A program made the translations under genes and the position numbers. 37,385 bases of DNA from assembly GCA_031409335.1 (NCBI GenBank), contig JANNWY010000289.1, positions 1 to 37,385 of the forward strand, read 5' to 3'. Positions 27,836 through 36,460 of this stretch are shown here, piece after piece (positions within the stretch are counted from its first letter, which is position 1; the number at the start of each line of letters is the position of its first letter). The notes under the pieces are model-generated. The model was not told the origin of the DNA. It ran no database searches and saw only the letters and a list, made by a program, of their open reading frames with translations. Source of the DNA: Chthoniobacteraceae bacterium. Its GTDB lineage: Bacteria > Verrucomicrobiota > Verrucomicrobiia > Chthoniobacterales > Chthoniobacteraceae.

Positions 27836-28576
27836 GTGAAGCTGATGAATCGCAGGACTGGAAAACACGCTATTTTATGGACACTCGGAGGTTTGGCTCT
27901 TCTCGGTTTTCTCGAAGCTGGAGCCCAGTCGCCAGGCTCACTGCCAGTTCCCACTGCGCCTTCCCCGCGAGCCGAACCGCGCGTCTTGGAAGCTCAGCCT
28001 GCGAAACCAGCCGCGTCGCCAACCCAGGAAAACCCGCCAAGCCAGCAAGCCGCTCCCGTCATTTCTTCCGCGGCAAATGACTACATTTTGTCCAATGCCG
28101 ACACTTTGGAGATGTCGATTTTTCGCGAGCCCGATCTCACCACTCGCAGCCGCGTCGCGAGCGATGGCACGGTGCAGCTTCCACTGATCGGCGACGTAAG
28201 AGTATCGGGGATGACTGTCCGGTCAGCGCGTGAAATCATTCGTAAACGATACGACGCCGACTATTTGGTTGATCCGCAAGTTTACTTAAATGTCATCAAT
28301 TACGCGCAACGGAAATTTACCGTGCTCGGACAGGTCGCGAAGCCGGGCACCTACGAATTCCCGGGCGGAGATTCGCTGTCGCTCTTGCAGGCGATTGGAA
28401 TGGCTGGCGGTTTCACGCGCACGGCGGACCGCGGGAAAGTGATCGTCAAACGTCCAGCGAAAGGCGGCACGGAAGAAACGCTGAAGTTGAACGCAAAAAA
28501 GATGGCTGCGGAGGGGAAGGGAGTATTCAATATCGCACCGGGCGATGTGATCACCGTCGGGGAAAGCTGGTTTTAA
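27836..28576 (+). CDS. wza: Polysaccharide export protein (Poly_export + SLBB)
   Basis: DYIL...DTLEMSIFREPDL, DGTVQLPLIG, VLGQVAKPG, AIGMAGGF, PGDVITVGESWF. Confidence 0.92.
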   Translation: MKLMNRRTGKHAILWTLGGLALLGFLEAGAQSPGSLPVPTAPSPRAEPRVLEAQPAKPAASPTQENPPSQQAAPVISSAANDYILSNADTLEMSIFREPDLTTRSRVASDGTVQLPLIGDVRVSGMTVRSAREIIRKRYDADYLVDPQVYLNVINYAQRKFTVLGQVAKPGTYEFPGGDSLSLLQAIGMAGGFTRTADRGKVIVKRPAKGGTEETLKLNAKKMAAEGKGVFNIAPGDVITVGESWF

Positions 28577-28598
28577 TGCGACCGAACGGGACTTCAAT

Positions 28599-30764
28599 TT
28601 GAAAGACGACGACCTCTCCAGTCTATTGCAGGAGTTGGGCGGTGGTGGATCGTCGAAAAGCGCCGACTGGCAGGAGTACCTGCACGTCATTCGCTCACGC
28701 TTTTGGGTGGTGCTGCTGGTTCTCGTTTTGAGTGGGATCGGGGCCGCGATCTTTATGAATCGCCAGGAGGTCCGCTTTCAGGCGCGCTCGGTCCTTTTCC
28801 TCGAGCAGGAGCAGGATCGTGTGCTGAAGGACGTCAAAGGCGTCCGCGAGGAGTCGATCGGCAGCCTCGACATGATCAACACGGTGGTCGATCTCCTGTG
28901 CAGTTATTCGTTCGCGCAGCGTGTGGCCGAGCGTCTCAAACTAAACAAGGAACCCCGCTTCCTCGCAACCGCACCTCCGTCGGCTGGTGGCGAAATGACG
29001 GTGCCGGAAGCAGGGGCGTTTCTGACCCGCTTGGTGGCCGCGCAATATCGAAAAAACACCCGCCTCATCGACATCTTCGTCACCCACGGCGATCCGACTC
29101 TCGCCACAGCAATGGCGAATGCCTATTCGGAGGAATACCTGCGATTCGTTTTCGAAAAGCGCACCGAGGCGAATAAAGTCGCGCAGGAATTCCTCGTCGA
29201 AGAAGCCGACCGCCTGCGGAAAAAAATGCGCGTTTCCGAGGAAGCCATGCAGAGTTTCCGCGAGCGCGAGCGCGCAGCGTCCCTCGAGACCTTGCAGGAA
29301 GGCACGCAAGCCAAACTCACCGAGATGACCGCGCGATTGAGCGACATGGAGCAACGCATGCTCCAACTCGACACGGACTTGAAAGTCGCCCGCCAGAACG
29401 TGGGCAAACCGGATGAACTGCTCCGGCTCCCGAGCGTTGCCTCCGAGCAGAAGGTGGCCAGATTGACGGAAGGCATCGCCGAACAGGAGCGGATGATCAT
29501 TTTGCTTTCCCAGCGTTATCGTGCAAAACATCCCGCCTTCGTCTCCGCGCGCACCCAGCTCCAATCCCTGACGACCGAGCGTAACAATGTCCTGCGAACC
29601 GTCGTATCCCTCCTCGAAACGGGCCGCGAGCACCTTCAAACGCAATACGAGGAAAGCAAAAAAGCGCGCGAGGAGCAGGAGGCAAAACTGCTGACCATCA
29701 CCGGCAAATCCGTCGAAAACAACGACCTCAGGCGTGAGTTGGAAACCGATACCGCCATGCATCAATCCGTGCTGGGACGCATGAAAGAAATCGACGTGAC
29801 AAAAGGCCTTACCGATTCGCCCGTCCGCGTCCACGAGCGGGCGACTGGTGCCTCGCCAGTCGGAATCAGTGCGGTCAAAGCGTATGGCTCGGCGATCTTT
29901 CTTGGCCTCGCGCTAGGCGTGGGTCTCATTCTCGGCCTTCATTTTCTAGATCACACAGTCCAGACCGTCGAGCAAGCGGAGCAGATTTCCGGACTGCCAG
30001 TGCTGTGCGCCGTTCCTAGAAAGAAAAAGGAGAAAGGCAAGCCGGACGAGCGTTCGCTGGAGGCAAATATCGATCGCAACGGAATGATCGCTGAGGCCTT
30101 TCGCTCGCTGCGTGCCTCCGTAGCCATGCTGGCGAACGGCGAAAACCGACGCAGTTTTCTCTTCACCAGCTCCCTTCCCTCCGAAGGCAAAACGTTTTCG
30201 AGCACCAACTTCGCCGTCTGTCTCAGCCAGCAGGGATTCAACACCCTCATTATCGACGCCGACCTTCGGAAACCCATGATTTCCACGGTCTTCTTCCGCG
30301 AAAACCGCAAACCCGGCCTTTCCGAGATCCTCTCCGGCCAGACCACCCTCGACAAAGCCGTCTGCTCCACGGAGATCGACAATCTTTCCGTCCTCACCGC
30401 CGGCGGGCGCGCCCCGAACCCTGCCGAACTCATCGCGACGCCGCGCATGCGCGAGTTGATCGAGGAAGCGCTCACGATCTACGATCGCGTCGTCATCGAT
30501 ACCGCGCCCGTCCTTGCCGTCAGCGACACCGTCCTTATCGCCCCTCACGTCAACGTCACCTGCCTCGTCATCAAAGCGTGCTCGACCTCCGGCAAAACCG
30601 CCGCCAGGGCCGTCCGCGCCCTCACCGAAATCAAATGCCGCCCGGCGGGCATAGTCCTCAACTCCATCCCCAGTGGTTCAGGCAATGAATATTATTACTC
30701 GGGCAAATACTACGGCACCTACTCCTCGAAGGGAGTGTACGGAGTGTACGGCTCAAAAACCTAA
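28599..30764 (+). CDS. wzc: Polysaccharide co-polymerase / tyrosine autokinase
   Basis: Two TM helices around a coiled coil; EAFRSLR, SSLPSEGKT, IDADLRKP, VVIDTAP; Tyr-rich tail YYYSGKYYGTY. Confidence 0.95.
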   Translation: MKDDDLSSLLQELGGGGSSKSADWQEYLHVIRSRFWVVLLVLVLSGIGAAIFMNRQEVRFQARSVLFLEQEQDRVLKDVKGVREESIGSLDMINTVVDLLCSYSFAQRVAERLKLNKEPRFLATAPPSAGGEMTVPEAGAFLTRLVAAQYRKNTRLIDIFVTHGDPTLATAMANAYSEEYLRFVFEKRTEANKVAQEFLVEEADRLRKKMRVSEEAMQSFRERERAASLETLQEGTQAKLTEMTARLSDMEQRMLQLDTDLKVARQNVGKPDELLRLPSVASEQKVARLTEGIAEQERMIILLSQRYRAKHPAFVSARTQLQSLTTERNNVLRTVVSLLETGREHLQTQYEESKKAREEQEAKLLTITGKSVENNDLRRELETDTAMHQSVLGRMKEIDVTKGLTDSPVRVHERATGASPVGISAVKAYGSAIFLGLALGVGLILGLHFLDHTVQTVEQAEQISGLPVLCAVPRKKKEKGKPDERSLEANIDRNGMIAEAFRSLRASVAMLANGENRRSFLFTSSLPSEGKTFSSTNFAVCLSQQGFNTLIIDADLRKPMISTVFFRENRKPGLSEILSGQTTLDKAVCSTEIDNLSVLTAGGRAPNPAELIATPRMRELIEEALTIYDRVVIDTAPVLAVSDTVLIAPHVNVTCLVIKACSTSGKTAARAVRALTEIKCRPAGIVLNSIPSGSGNEYYYSGKYYGTYSSKGVYGVYGSKT

Positions 30765-30944
30765 CCCGCGGCAACTACAGGCCCCAAAGGCCAAACAGTC
30801 ACGCAGCATGCCATCCGCCAATTGGATCGGCCAATTACCGAAAGCATAAAAACGAAAGGTCTTGGGCAACGCTCAATCGACCAAGTGCGGCAGCATGGGC
30901 GGAGGTAGGCGGAGATTGATGGTCCGGCAAACTGATCGTTAGTC

Positions 30945-30976
30945 GTTTTCGTTTTTCACTTTCAGCTTTTCAGTCA
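30945..30976 (+). repeat. Pyrimidine-rich ~7-bp-period tract upstream of glf
   Basis: TTTTCGT TTTTCAC TTTCAGC TTTTCAG immediately before the TTG. Confidence 0.6.
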
Positions 30977-32134
30977 TTGGCCCCCCACTTCCTAATCGTT
31001 GGCGCAGGCTTCTCGGGAGCCGTGCTAGCCCGGGAACTTGCCGAACGGCTTGGCGCAAAGATCGAAATCATCGACCAACGCAACCACCTCGCTGGGAATT
31101 GCCACACAGAACGCGACGAAAAATCCGGCGTGATGGTTCATCAGTATGGCCCGCACATTTTCAACACCTCTCATCACGACGTCTGGGAATACGCCCATCG
31201 CTTCGGCGATTTCCGCCCTTACATCAATCGCGTCAAAGCCGTCACCGGACGCGGCGTCTTTTCGTTTCCGCTCAATCTCCACACGATCAATCAATTTTTC
31301 GGAACCACGTTGTCACCCGATGAGGCAAAAGCCTTCATTGCCAAACGCGCGGATTCCTCGATCCAGAACCCCGCGAATTTCGAGGAGCAGGCCCTTAAGT
31401 TTGTCGGTCGCGAGTTATATGAAGCGTTCTTCCACGGTTACACCAAAAAACATTGGGGCTGCGAACCCCGCGAACTACCCGCCTCAATCCTCAAGCGCCT
31501 CCCGCTCCGATTCAACTACAACGACAACTACTACAACAGCCGCCACCAGGCGATTCCGTCCGAAGGCTACAGTTCCATCATTCAGCGCATCCTCGATCAT
31601 CCCGGCATCCATGTGACCCTGAACTCCCGGTGGGAACCATCCATGGCCGATGGTTTCGATCATGTATTCTACAGCGGACCTTTGGATGAACTCTTCGCCT
31701 TCTCGCACGGTCGCCTCGGATACCGCACGATCAGTTTCGAACGAATCGACGCGCAAGGCGATTACCAAGGCAACGCCGTCCTGAACTATACTGCCGAGAA
31801 AATTCCCTGGACGCGAATTCACGAGCACAAACATTTTGCCCCGTGGGAACAACTCGATCGCACTGTCGCCTTTCGCGAATTCAGCAAGGAGACCGAACCC
31901 GCCGACATCCCCTACTACCCCAAGCGCCTGATCGCCGACATGGCTACCCACGAGCACTACGAACAGCAGCTTGATCAGTTACCGAATGTAACCCCGATCG
32001 GGCGGCTCGGCACCTATCGCTACCTCGATATGGACCAAGTGATCGGAGAAGCTCTCGATCTGGCTGCCGACACAACCGAAGCGATCCAGAGGAAATCCAC
32101 GATTCCCCAAAAAATTCGCCAAAGGGCCAAGTAA
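30977..32134 (+). CDS. glf: UDP-galactopyranose mutase
   Basis: IVGAGFSGAV, HQYGPHIFNT, YTKKHWG, RLPLRFNYNDNY, PYYP, GRLGTYRYLDMD. Confidence 0.96.
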   Translation: MAPHFLIVGAGFSGAVLARELAERLGAKIEIIDQRNHLAGNCHTERDEKSGVMVHQYGPHIFNTSHHDVWEYAHRFGDFRPYINRVKAVTGRGVFSFPLNLHTINQFFGTTLSPDEAKAFIAKRADSSIQNPANFEEQALKFVGRELYEAFFHGYTKKHWGCEPRELPASILKRLPLRFNYNDNYYNSRHQAIPSEGYSSIIQRILDHPGIHVTLNSRWEPSMADGFDHVFYSGPLDELFAFSHGRLGYRTISFERIDAQGDYQGNAVLNYTAEKIPWTRIHEHKHFAPWEQLDRTVAFREFSKETEPADIPYYPKRLIADMATHEHYEQQLDQLPNVTPIGRLGTYRYLDMDQVIGEALDLAADTTEAIQRKSTIPQKIRQRAK

Positions 32135-32163
32135 CAGAGTTCCATTGCCCTCTTACCTCCGAG

Positions 32164-32200
32164 TTTCCACCTTTCAGTTTTTCCGCTTTCCGTTTTCTCC
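32164..32200 (+). repeat. Pyrimidine-rich ~7-bp-period tract upstream of gmd
   Basis: TTTCCAC CTTTCAG ... TTTCCGC TTTCCGT TTTCTCC, then ATG. Confidence 0.65.
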
Positions 32201-33202
32201 ATGAAGACCGCCTTCGTCACCGGCATCTCCGGCCAGGACGGCTCCTATCTGTGCGATCTCCTGCTCGAAAAAGGCTACACCGTCCACGGCACCACCCGCT
32301 CCAGCCGCGCCCTAGCCAACGGCAACCTCAAACAACACCTCGCCAACCCCCATATCTATAACTCCCGCCTCTTCCTGCATGTCCTCGATGTCTTCAATGA
32401 CGCCGGTTTGGAGGGTCTCATCGGAGCCATTGCTCCCCAAGAAATCTATCACCTCTCCGGCCAAAGCAGCCCACGCGTTAGTTTTGAAAATCCGGAAGAA
32501 ACCCTGCAAAGCAACACCACCACCACGTTGCGCATGCTCGAAGCCAACCGCCGCCTTCCCCACCCCGCCCGCTTCTTCCACGCCTCCAGTTGCGAAGTCT
32601 TCGGCGACACCCTCATTTCTCCACAGGACGAATCCACCCCGCTCAACCCTGTTTCTCCGTACGGAGCCTCGAAATCATTCGCCCAACAGCTCGTTACCAT
32701 TTACCGGAACGTTTATAGCCTCCCCTGTGGCAGCGGCATCCTCTTCAACCACGAATCCCCCCGGCGCAGCCCGCAATTCCTCACCAAAAAAGTTTGCGCC
32801 GCCGTCGCCCGCATCAAAACTGGTGTGCAAGAACGACTCCAGTTAGGCAATCTCAATGCCCGCCGTGACTGGGGATGGGCACCCGAATACGTCGAAGGTT
32901 TCTGGCAAATGCTCCAGCACGACACGATGGACGACTATGTCTTCGGCACTGGAGAAACTCATTCGGTGGAAGAATTTGTCGAAGCCGCCTTCACCCACGT
33001 TGGCCTCCATTGGAAAGACCACGTCGATTACCAGGAATCACTCCTCAGAAAAGTCGAACTTGCCCCCCTCTGCGGCAACTCCGCCAAAATCCGGTCCACG
33101 CTCGGTTGGAAAACCCAGACCGCTTTCCAAAAAGTAGTCGCCCGCCTGGTCGATCACGAACTCGAGCACTGCGCAAAGTCATCCACCGTTACTTCCCAAT
33201 AG
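32201..33202 (+). CDS. gmd: GDP-mannose 4,6-dehydratase
   Basis: TGISGQDGSYL, SPYGASK, GILFNHESPRR, LGNLNARRDWG. Confidence 0.93.
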   Translation: MKTAFVTGISGQDGSYLCDLLLEKGYTVHGTTRSSRALANGNLKQHLANPHIYNSRLFLHVLDVFNDAGLEGLIGAIAPQEIYHLSGQSSPRVSFENPEETLQSNTTTTLRMLEANRRLPHPARFFHASSCEVFGDTLISPQDESTPLNPVSPYGASKSFAQQLVTIYRNVYSLPCGSGILFNHESPRRSPQFLTKKVCAAVARIKTGVQERLQLGNLNARRDWGWAPEYVEGFWQMLQHDTMDDYVFGTGETHSVEEFVEAAFTHVGLHWKDHVDYQESLLRKVELAPLCGNSAKIRSTLGWKTQTAFQKVVARLVDHELEHCAKSSTVTSQ

Positions 33203-33214
33203 AACAGAATTACC

Positions 33215-33272
33215 TTTTCAATTTTCGTCTTCCGTCTTGCCCCACTCAACTCTCAACTTTCAACTTTCCGCT
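33215..33272 (+). repeat. Heptamer tract (TCTCAAC/TTTCAAC/TTTCCGC)
   Basis: ACTCAAC TCTCAAC TTTCAAC TTTCCGC seen directly. Confidence 0.65.
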
Positions 33273-33322
33273 CCTCCCTTCCCTCCGACGCCGAAAGCAT
33301 CCAGACCGCTCTCATTCGAAAG

Positions 33323-33481
33323 ATGACCCCCGGGCGACGGATCGAGATCGCGCAATCGCTTTACAATACCGCGTGGCAGTTCAAGGCAGCGTGGCTGCGC
33401 ACCCAGCATCCCGATTGGAGTGAAGCGAAGGTGCAGCGAACGACCCGCCGCATCTTCGTCACCGGCTATGCAGGAACTTAG
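33323..33481 (+). CDS. Rv0078B/MenA1-like small antitoxin (52 aa; not in the ORF track)
   Basis: Hand translation MTPGRRIEIAQSLYNTAWQFKAAWLRTQHPDWSEAKVQRTTRRIFVTGYAGT; overlaps the downstream nucleotidyltransferase. The frame stays open upstream (LPSDAESIQTALIRK) without a canonical start. Confidence 0.7.
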   Translation: MTPGRRIEIAQSLYNTAWQFKAAWLRTQHPDWSEAKVQRTTRRIFVTGYAGT

Positions 33482-34016
33482 GTTTCTGACCGAACCACTC
33501 GATGCAGCAGACATTCGCTATTGTCTAGTCGGCGGACTCGCCGCAATTGCCTATGGTCGGCCCCGTCTCACTCTCGACGCCGACATCGTGATCAAGCTGG
33601 CTGCCTGCCATGTGAAACTGCTCATCAAAGCGTTTCCTCCCGAGAATTTCTATCTTCCTCCTTCTGAAGTGCTCCTTACCGAAATTGCCCGGGAATCCCG
33701 CGGCCACTTCAATATCATTCACCACCACAGCGCCCTGCGCGCAGACTGTTACCTCCCTTGAAAAAGCGAACTCTCCCACTGGGAGCTGCAGCAACGCCAG
33801 CGCATCGAAACCCCGTTCGGTGGCTTTTGGTTTTCGCCACCCGCAGCAGTGATCGTGCATAAGCTTCCCTTCTTTCGGGAAGGCCAGTCCGAAAGACATC
33901 TCGACGACATTCGTGCGATTCTTTCGTCCGGTCCGATTATCTCAGCTACCGACCTCCACCATTGGATCCAGCAACTCAGGCTCGAAGCCGAATGGACCCG
34001 CGTAAACTCAAAATAG
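33468..34016 (+). pseudogene. MenT1/Rv0078A-like nucleotidyltransferase toxin with an in-frame TGA at 33759-33761
   Basis: LVGGLAAIAYGRPRLTLDADIV (GG...DxD). The frame continues after the stop as KSELSHW...VIVHKLPFFREGQSERHLDDIRAIL...W to TAG 34016. Confidence 0.8.
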
Positions 34017-34063
34017 TCAGTCTCAGCATTTCAGTTTTCTACTTTCTACTTTCCACTTTCTAG
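34017..34063 (+). repeat. Heptamer tract upstream of wzm
   Basis: TCTCAGC ATTTCAGT TTTCTAC TTTCTAC TTTCCAC TTTCTAG. Confidence 0.75.
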
Positions 34064-34064
34064 T

Positions 34065-34952
34065 TTGCCCGAATCAACCGCCACCGCAGCCCCGCCCCTC
34101 TCCCCCTGCTCCCCCGGCGACTTCGACCTCTGGCTCGAAGCCGGCCAGACCGAAAAACACTACTGGCTCGACCTCTGGCGTTACCGCGAACTCTTCCAGA
34201 TCCTCGCTTGGCGGGACATCGCCATCCGCTACAAACAAACCGTCGTCGGAGCCGCCTGGGCACTCGTCCAGCCCTTCCTCAGCATGGTCATCATGACCAT
34301 CATCTTCGGCCGGGTCGCTGGACTCCCCTCCGTCGGCAGCGCTCCCTACGCCATCATGGTTTTCGCCGCTATGCTCCCGTGGCAATTCTTCGCCAGTTCC
34401 CTCTCCTCCGCCAGCCAAAGCCTCGTCGGCAATGCCAACCTCATCTCCAAGGTCTATTTCCCCCGCCTCATCATCCCCACCAGCGCCGTCGTCGTCGCCT
34501 GCATCGATTTCCTCATCTCCTTCGCCATCCTCATCGGCATGATGCTCTGGTACCAGTTCGCCCCCGATTGGCGAATCCTCACCCTGCCCGGCTTCATGAT
34601 CCTCGCTTTCATCGCCGCCCTCGGCCCCGGCCTCATCATCACCGCGCTCAATGTCAAATACCGCGACTTCCGTTTCGTCATCCCTTTCATCGTCCAGTTC
34701 GGCCTCTACGTCTCCCCCGTCGCCTATAGCAGCAGCGTCATTCGCGAAAAACTCGGCGAAAAACTCTTCCTCCTCTACTCGCTGAATCCCATCGTCGGAG
34801 TCATCGACGGCTTCCGCTGGGCCATCCTAAAAGGCGAAAGCCCCATCTACCTTCCCGGCTTCTGCCTCTCGACGCTACTGGCCATCGCCTCGCTAGTCGT
34901 GGGCATCTGGTATTTCAGAAAAACCGAAAAAACCTTCGCGGACATTATTTGA
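34065..34952 (+). CDS. wzm: ABC-2 type polysaccharide transporter permease
   Basis: DLWRYREL...RDIAIRYKQTVVGAAWA, NLISKVYFPR, VKYRDFRF, SPVAYS, LNP; six TM helices. Confidence 0.93.
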   Translation: MPESTATAAPPLSPCSPGDFDLWLEAGQTEKHYWLDLWRYRELFQILAWRDIAIRYKQTVVGAAWALVQPFLSMVIMTIIFGRVAGLPSVGSAPYAIMVFAAMLPWQFFASSLSSASQSLVGNANLISKVYFPRLIIPTSAVVVACIDFLISFAILIGMMLWYQFAPDWRILTLPGFMILAFIAALGPGLIITALNVKYRDFRFVIPFIVQFGLYVSPVAYSSSVIREKLGEKLFLLYSLNPIVGVIDGFRWAILKGESPIYLPGFCLSTLLAIASLVVGIWYFRKTEKTFADII

Positions 34953-34957
34953 TCGGG

Positions 34958-35022
34958 GTTCCGCGTTCGTTGTTCTTCGTTCAAGACAAAGCACTCGGAA
35001 CAAAGCACGCAGCACAAGGAAC
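34958..35022. repeat. Inverted pair of heptamer arrays upstream of the four-helix-bundle gene
   Basis: GTTC at 34958, 34965, 34972, 34979, then G(C/A)AC at 34991, 34998, 35005, 35012, 35019; exact period 7. Confidence 0.75.
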
Positions 35023-35036
35023 AAGAATACAGTATC

Positions 35037-35414
35037 GTGAAAATCGAACGCTTTGAAGATATCGAAGGGTGGCAAATAGGGAGGGAACTCACACGCCGAA
35101 TCTACGCCGCCACATCACGCGGAGGCTTTGCGAAGGATTACGGTCTAAAAGATCAGATTCAGCGTGCCTCCGGCTCGGTGATGCACAATGTCGCTGAAGG
35201 ATTTGATGGAGGCAGCAACGCCGAGTTCGCAAAATTCCTCCGCTATGCGCAACGTTCATGCACCGAAGTCCAGAGCGAACTCTACGTTGCGTTAGACCAA
35301 TCATACCTGACGCAGCAGGAATTCTCCGAGCTTTACGAACTCGCCCAACATGCCCGCGCCAAAATCGGCGGCTTCATCAAATACCTCGTGCAAGCCGGAT
35401 CGCGTAACCTCTGA
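35037..35414 (+). CDS. Four helix bundle protein (23S rRNA-IVP / Avd-like family)
   Basis: FEDIEGWQ, DYGLKDQIQRASGSVMHNVAEGF, FLRYAQRSCTEVQSELYVALD. Confidence 0.95.
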   Translation: MKIERFEDIEGWQIGRELTRRIYAATSRGGFAKDYGLKDQIQRASGSVMHNVAEGFDGGSNAEFAKFLRYAQRSCTEVQSELYVALDQSYLTQQEFSELYELAQHARAKIGGFIKYLVQAGSRNL

Positions 35415-35419
35415 CAACA

Positions 35420-35455
35420 AAGCACGAAGCACAAAGAACAAAACACGCCCTCCGC
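35420..35455 (+). repeat. Direct repeat A, copy 1 (36 bp)
   Basis: AAGCACGAAGCACAAAGAACAAAACACGCCCTCCGC; 32/36 identical to 36151-36186. Confidence 0.8.
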
Positions 35456-35538
35456 CTTCCGATTTCTACTTTCCACTTCCACTTTCTCCTCCGCCAAACC
35501 ATCTTGTTTCGCTTCCGTTATTCTGCAATTCTCCCGAC

Positions 35539-35745
35539 ATGGAAATAGTTTTCAGCGTCACGCAGGAAGCCGATGGAGGTTTTGTTGCCGAGTGTCTGTC
35601 GCACGACATTTTTACACAGGGCGGCACATGGGATGAATTGCGCGCCAATGTCCGGGAATCGGTAGCCGGGTTCTTTTTCGACCAGCCCAAACCAGACGTC
35701 ATCCGCCTGCATCTGGTGCGGGATGAGGTGCTAGCCGCGGCATGA
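35539..35745 (+). CDS. HicB-like antitoxin (short form, no DNA-binding tail)
   Basis: EADGGFVAECL...IFTQGGTWDELRANVRESV; its TGA overlaps the ATG of the hicA-like gene. Confidence 0.85.
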   Translation: MEIVFSVTQEADGGFVAECLSHDIFTQGGTWDELRANVRESVAGFFFDQPKPDVIRLHLVRDEVLAAA

Positions 35746-35980
35746 AGCTGCCGCGAGATTTGAGCGGAGCAGAGTTGATCAAGCTCCTGTGCAAACATTT
35801 TGGCTACCGTCGCGTGAATAGGAGGGCAGTCATGTGATTCTGGAGACGGCCAATCCTCGCCAGCACCGAATCTCGATCCCCGACCATGCTCCGCTTCGGA
35901 TTGGAACTTTGAATGCGATCTTGCGCGCCGTCGCTGGCGCGCAAGGTGTCGAAAAGGAAGACATCCTGCGCCATCTCTGA
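35742..35980 (+). pseudogene. hicA: HicA-family toxin, frameshifted by a 1-bp deletion near 35820
   Basis: MKLPRDLSGAELIKLLCKHFGYRRVN, then in another frame EGSHVILET...HRISIPDHAPLRIGTLNAILRAVA...L*. Adding one base (AAT[C]AGGAG) restores a 79-aa HicA. Confidence 0.85.
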
Positions 35981-36041
35981 ACCATCAGCGCCGCTTGGGG
36001 CACCTGATCGGCGAATCCTGATCATCGCACGTCGATTGACA

Positions 36042-36073
36042 TAACGAAGCACCAAGCACGAAGCACCACGAAC
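36042..36073 (+). repeat. AAGCACN-type heptamer array
   Basis: TAAC/GCAC/GCAC/GCAC/GAAC at 36042, 36049, 36056, 36063, 36070. Confidence 0.75.
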
Positions 36074-36083
36074 GTTTTCCCAC

Positions 36084-36150
36084 TTTCCGCTTTCCGCTTT
36101 CCGCTTTTCAGAATTTCGGCTTTTCAGTTTTCCACTTTCCACTTTTCCCC
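36084..36150 (+). repeat. Direct repeat B, copy 1 (67 bp, starts with (TTTCCGC)x3)
   Basis: 59/67 ungapped identity to 37096-37162 by hand alignment. Confidence 0.85.
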
Positions 36151-36186
36151 AAGCACCAAGCACAAAGAACCGAGCACGCCCTCCGC
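36151..36186 (+). repeat. Direct repeat A, copy 2
   Basis: AAGCACCAAGCACAAAGAACCGAGCACGCCCTCCGC; directly abuts repeat B copy 1. Confidence 0.8.
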
Positions 36187-36208
36187 TCTCACCTTCCCAC
36201 CATTCGCG

Positions 36209-36460
36209 ATGAAAACCATCACTCTCGAACTGCCCGAAAGCCTCTTCTGGCATGATGCAAAATCGCACGCGTCCATCGAACACCGCAGTCGGTTCCTGCT
36301 CGCCTTGAAATACTTTGAATTGGGTGAAATTACCTCCGGGCAGGGAGCCGCCATGTCCGGGTTGTCGCGCGTCGAGTTCCTCGGGGCTGCCAGCCAGCAT
36401 GGTGTGCCGGTGGCGGATCTGGACGAAGAGGAACTCGATCAAGAGCTCGGCAAATCGTGA
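36209..36460 (+). CDS. UPF0175 family putative antitoxin
   Basis: LALKYFELGEITSGQGAAMSGLSRVEFL; GTGA overlap with the next gene. Confidence 0.9.
   Translation: MKTITLELPESLFWHDAKSHASIEHRSRFLLALKYFELGEITSGQGAAMSGLSRVEFLGAASQHGVPVADLDEEELDQELGKS

Noticed and set aside
30882..30914. ops/JUMPStart-like sequence (GGGCGGAGGTAGGCGGAG) upstream of glf
   Set aside because: Does not match GGCGGTAG contiguously and similar strings are common in GC-rich DNA.
33759..33761. TGA as selenocysteine or a reassigned codon
   Set aside because: Many genes here end in TGA, the family is not a known selenoprotein, and I see no convincing SECIS; a nonsense mutation is simpler.
35037..35414. Diversity-generating retroelement (Avd-like gene) or rRNA intervening sequence
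   Set aside because: No reverse transcriptase, no TR/VR pair and no rRNA sequence in the window.
35539..35745. Enzyme-type annotation sometimes attached to this small protein family
   Set aside because: Size, motif and coupling to hicA indicate a HicB-like antitoxin.
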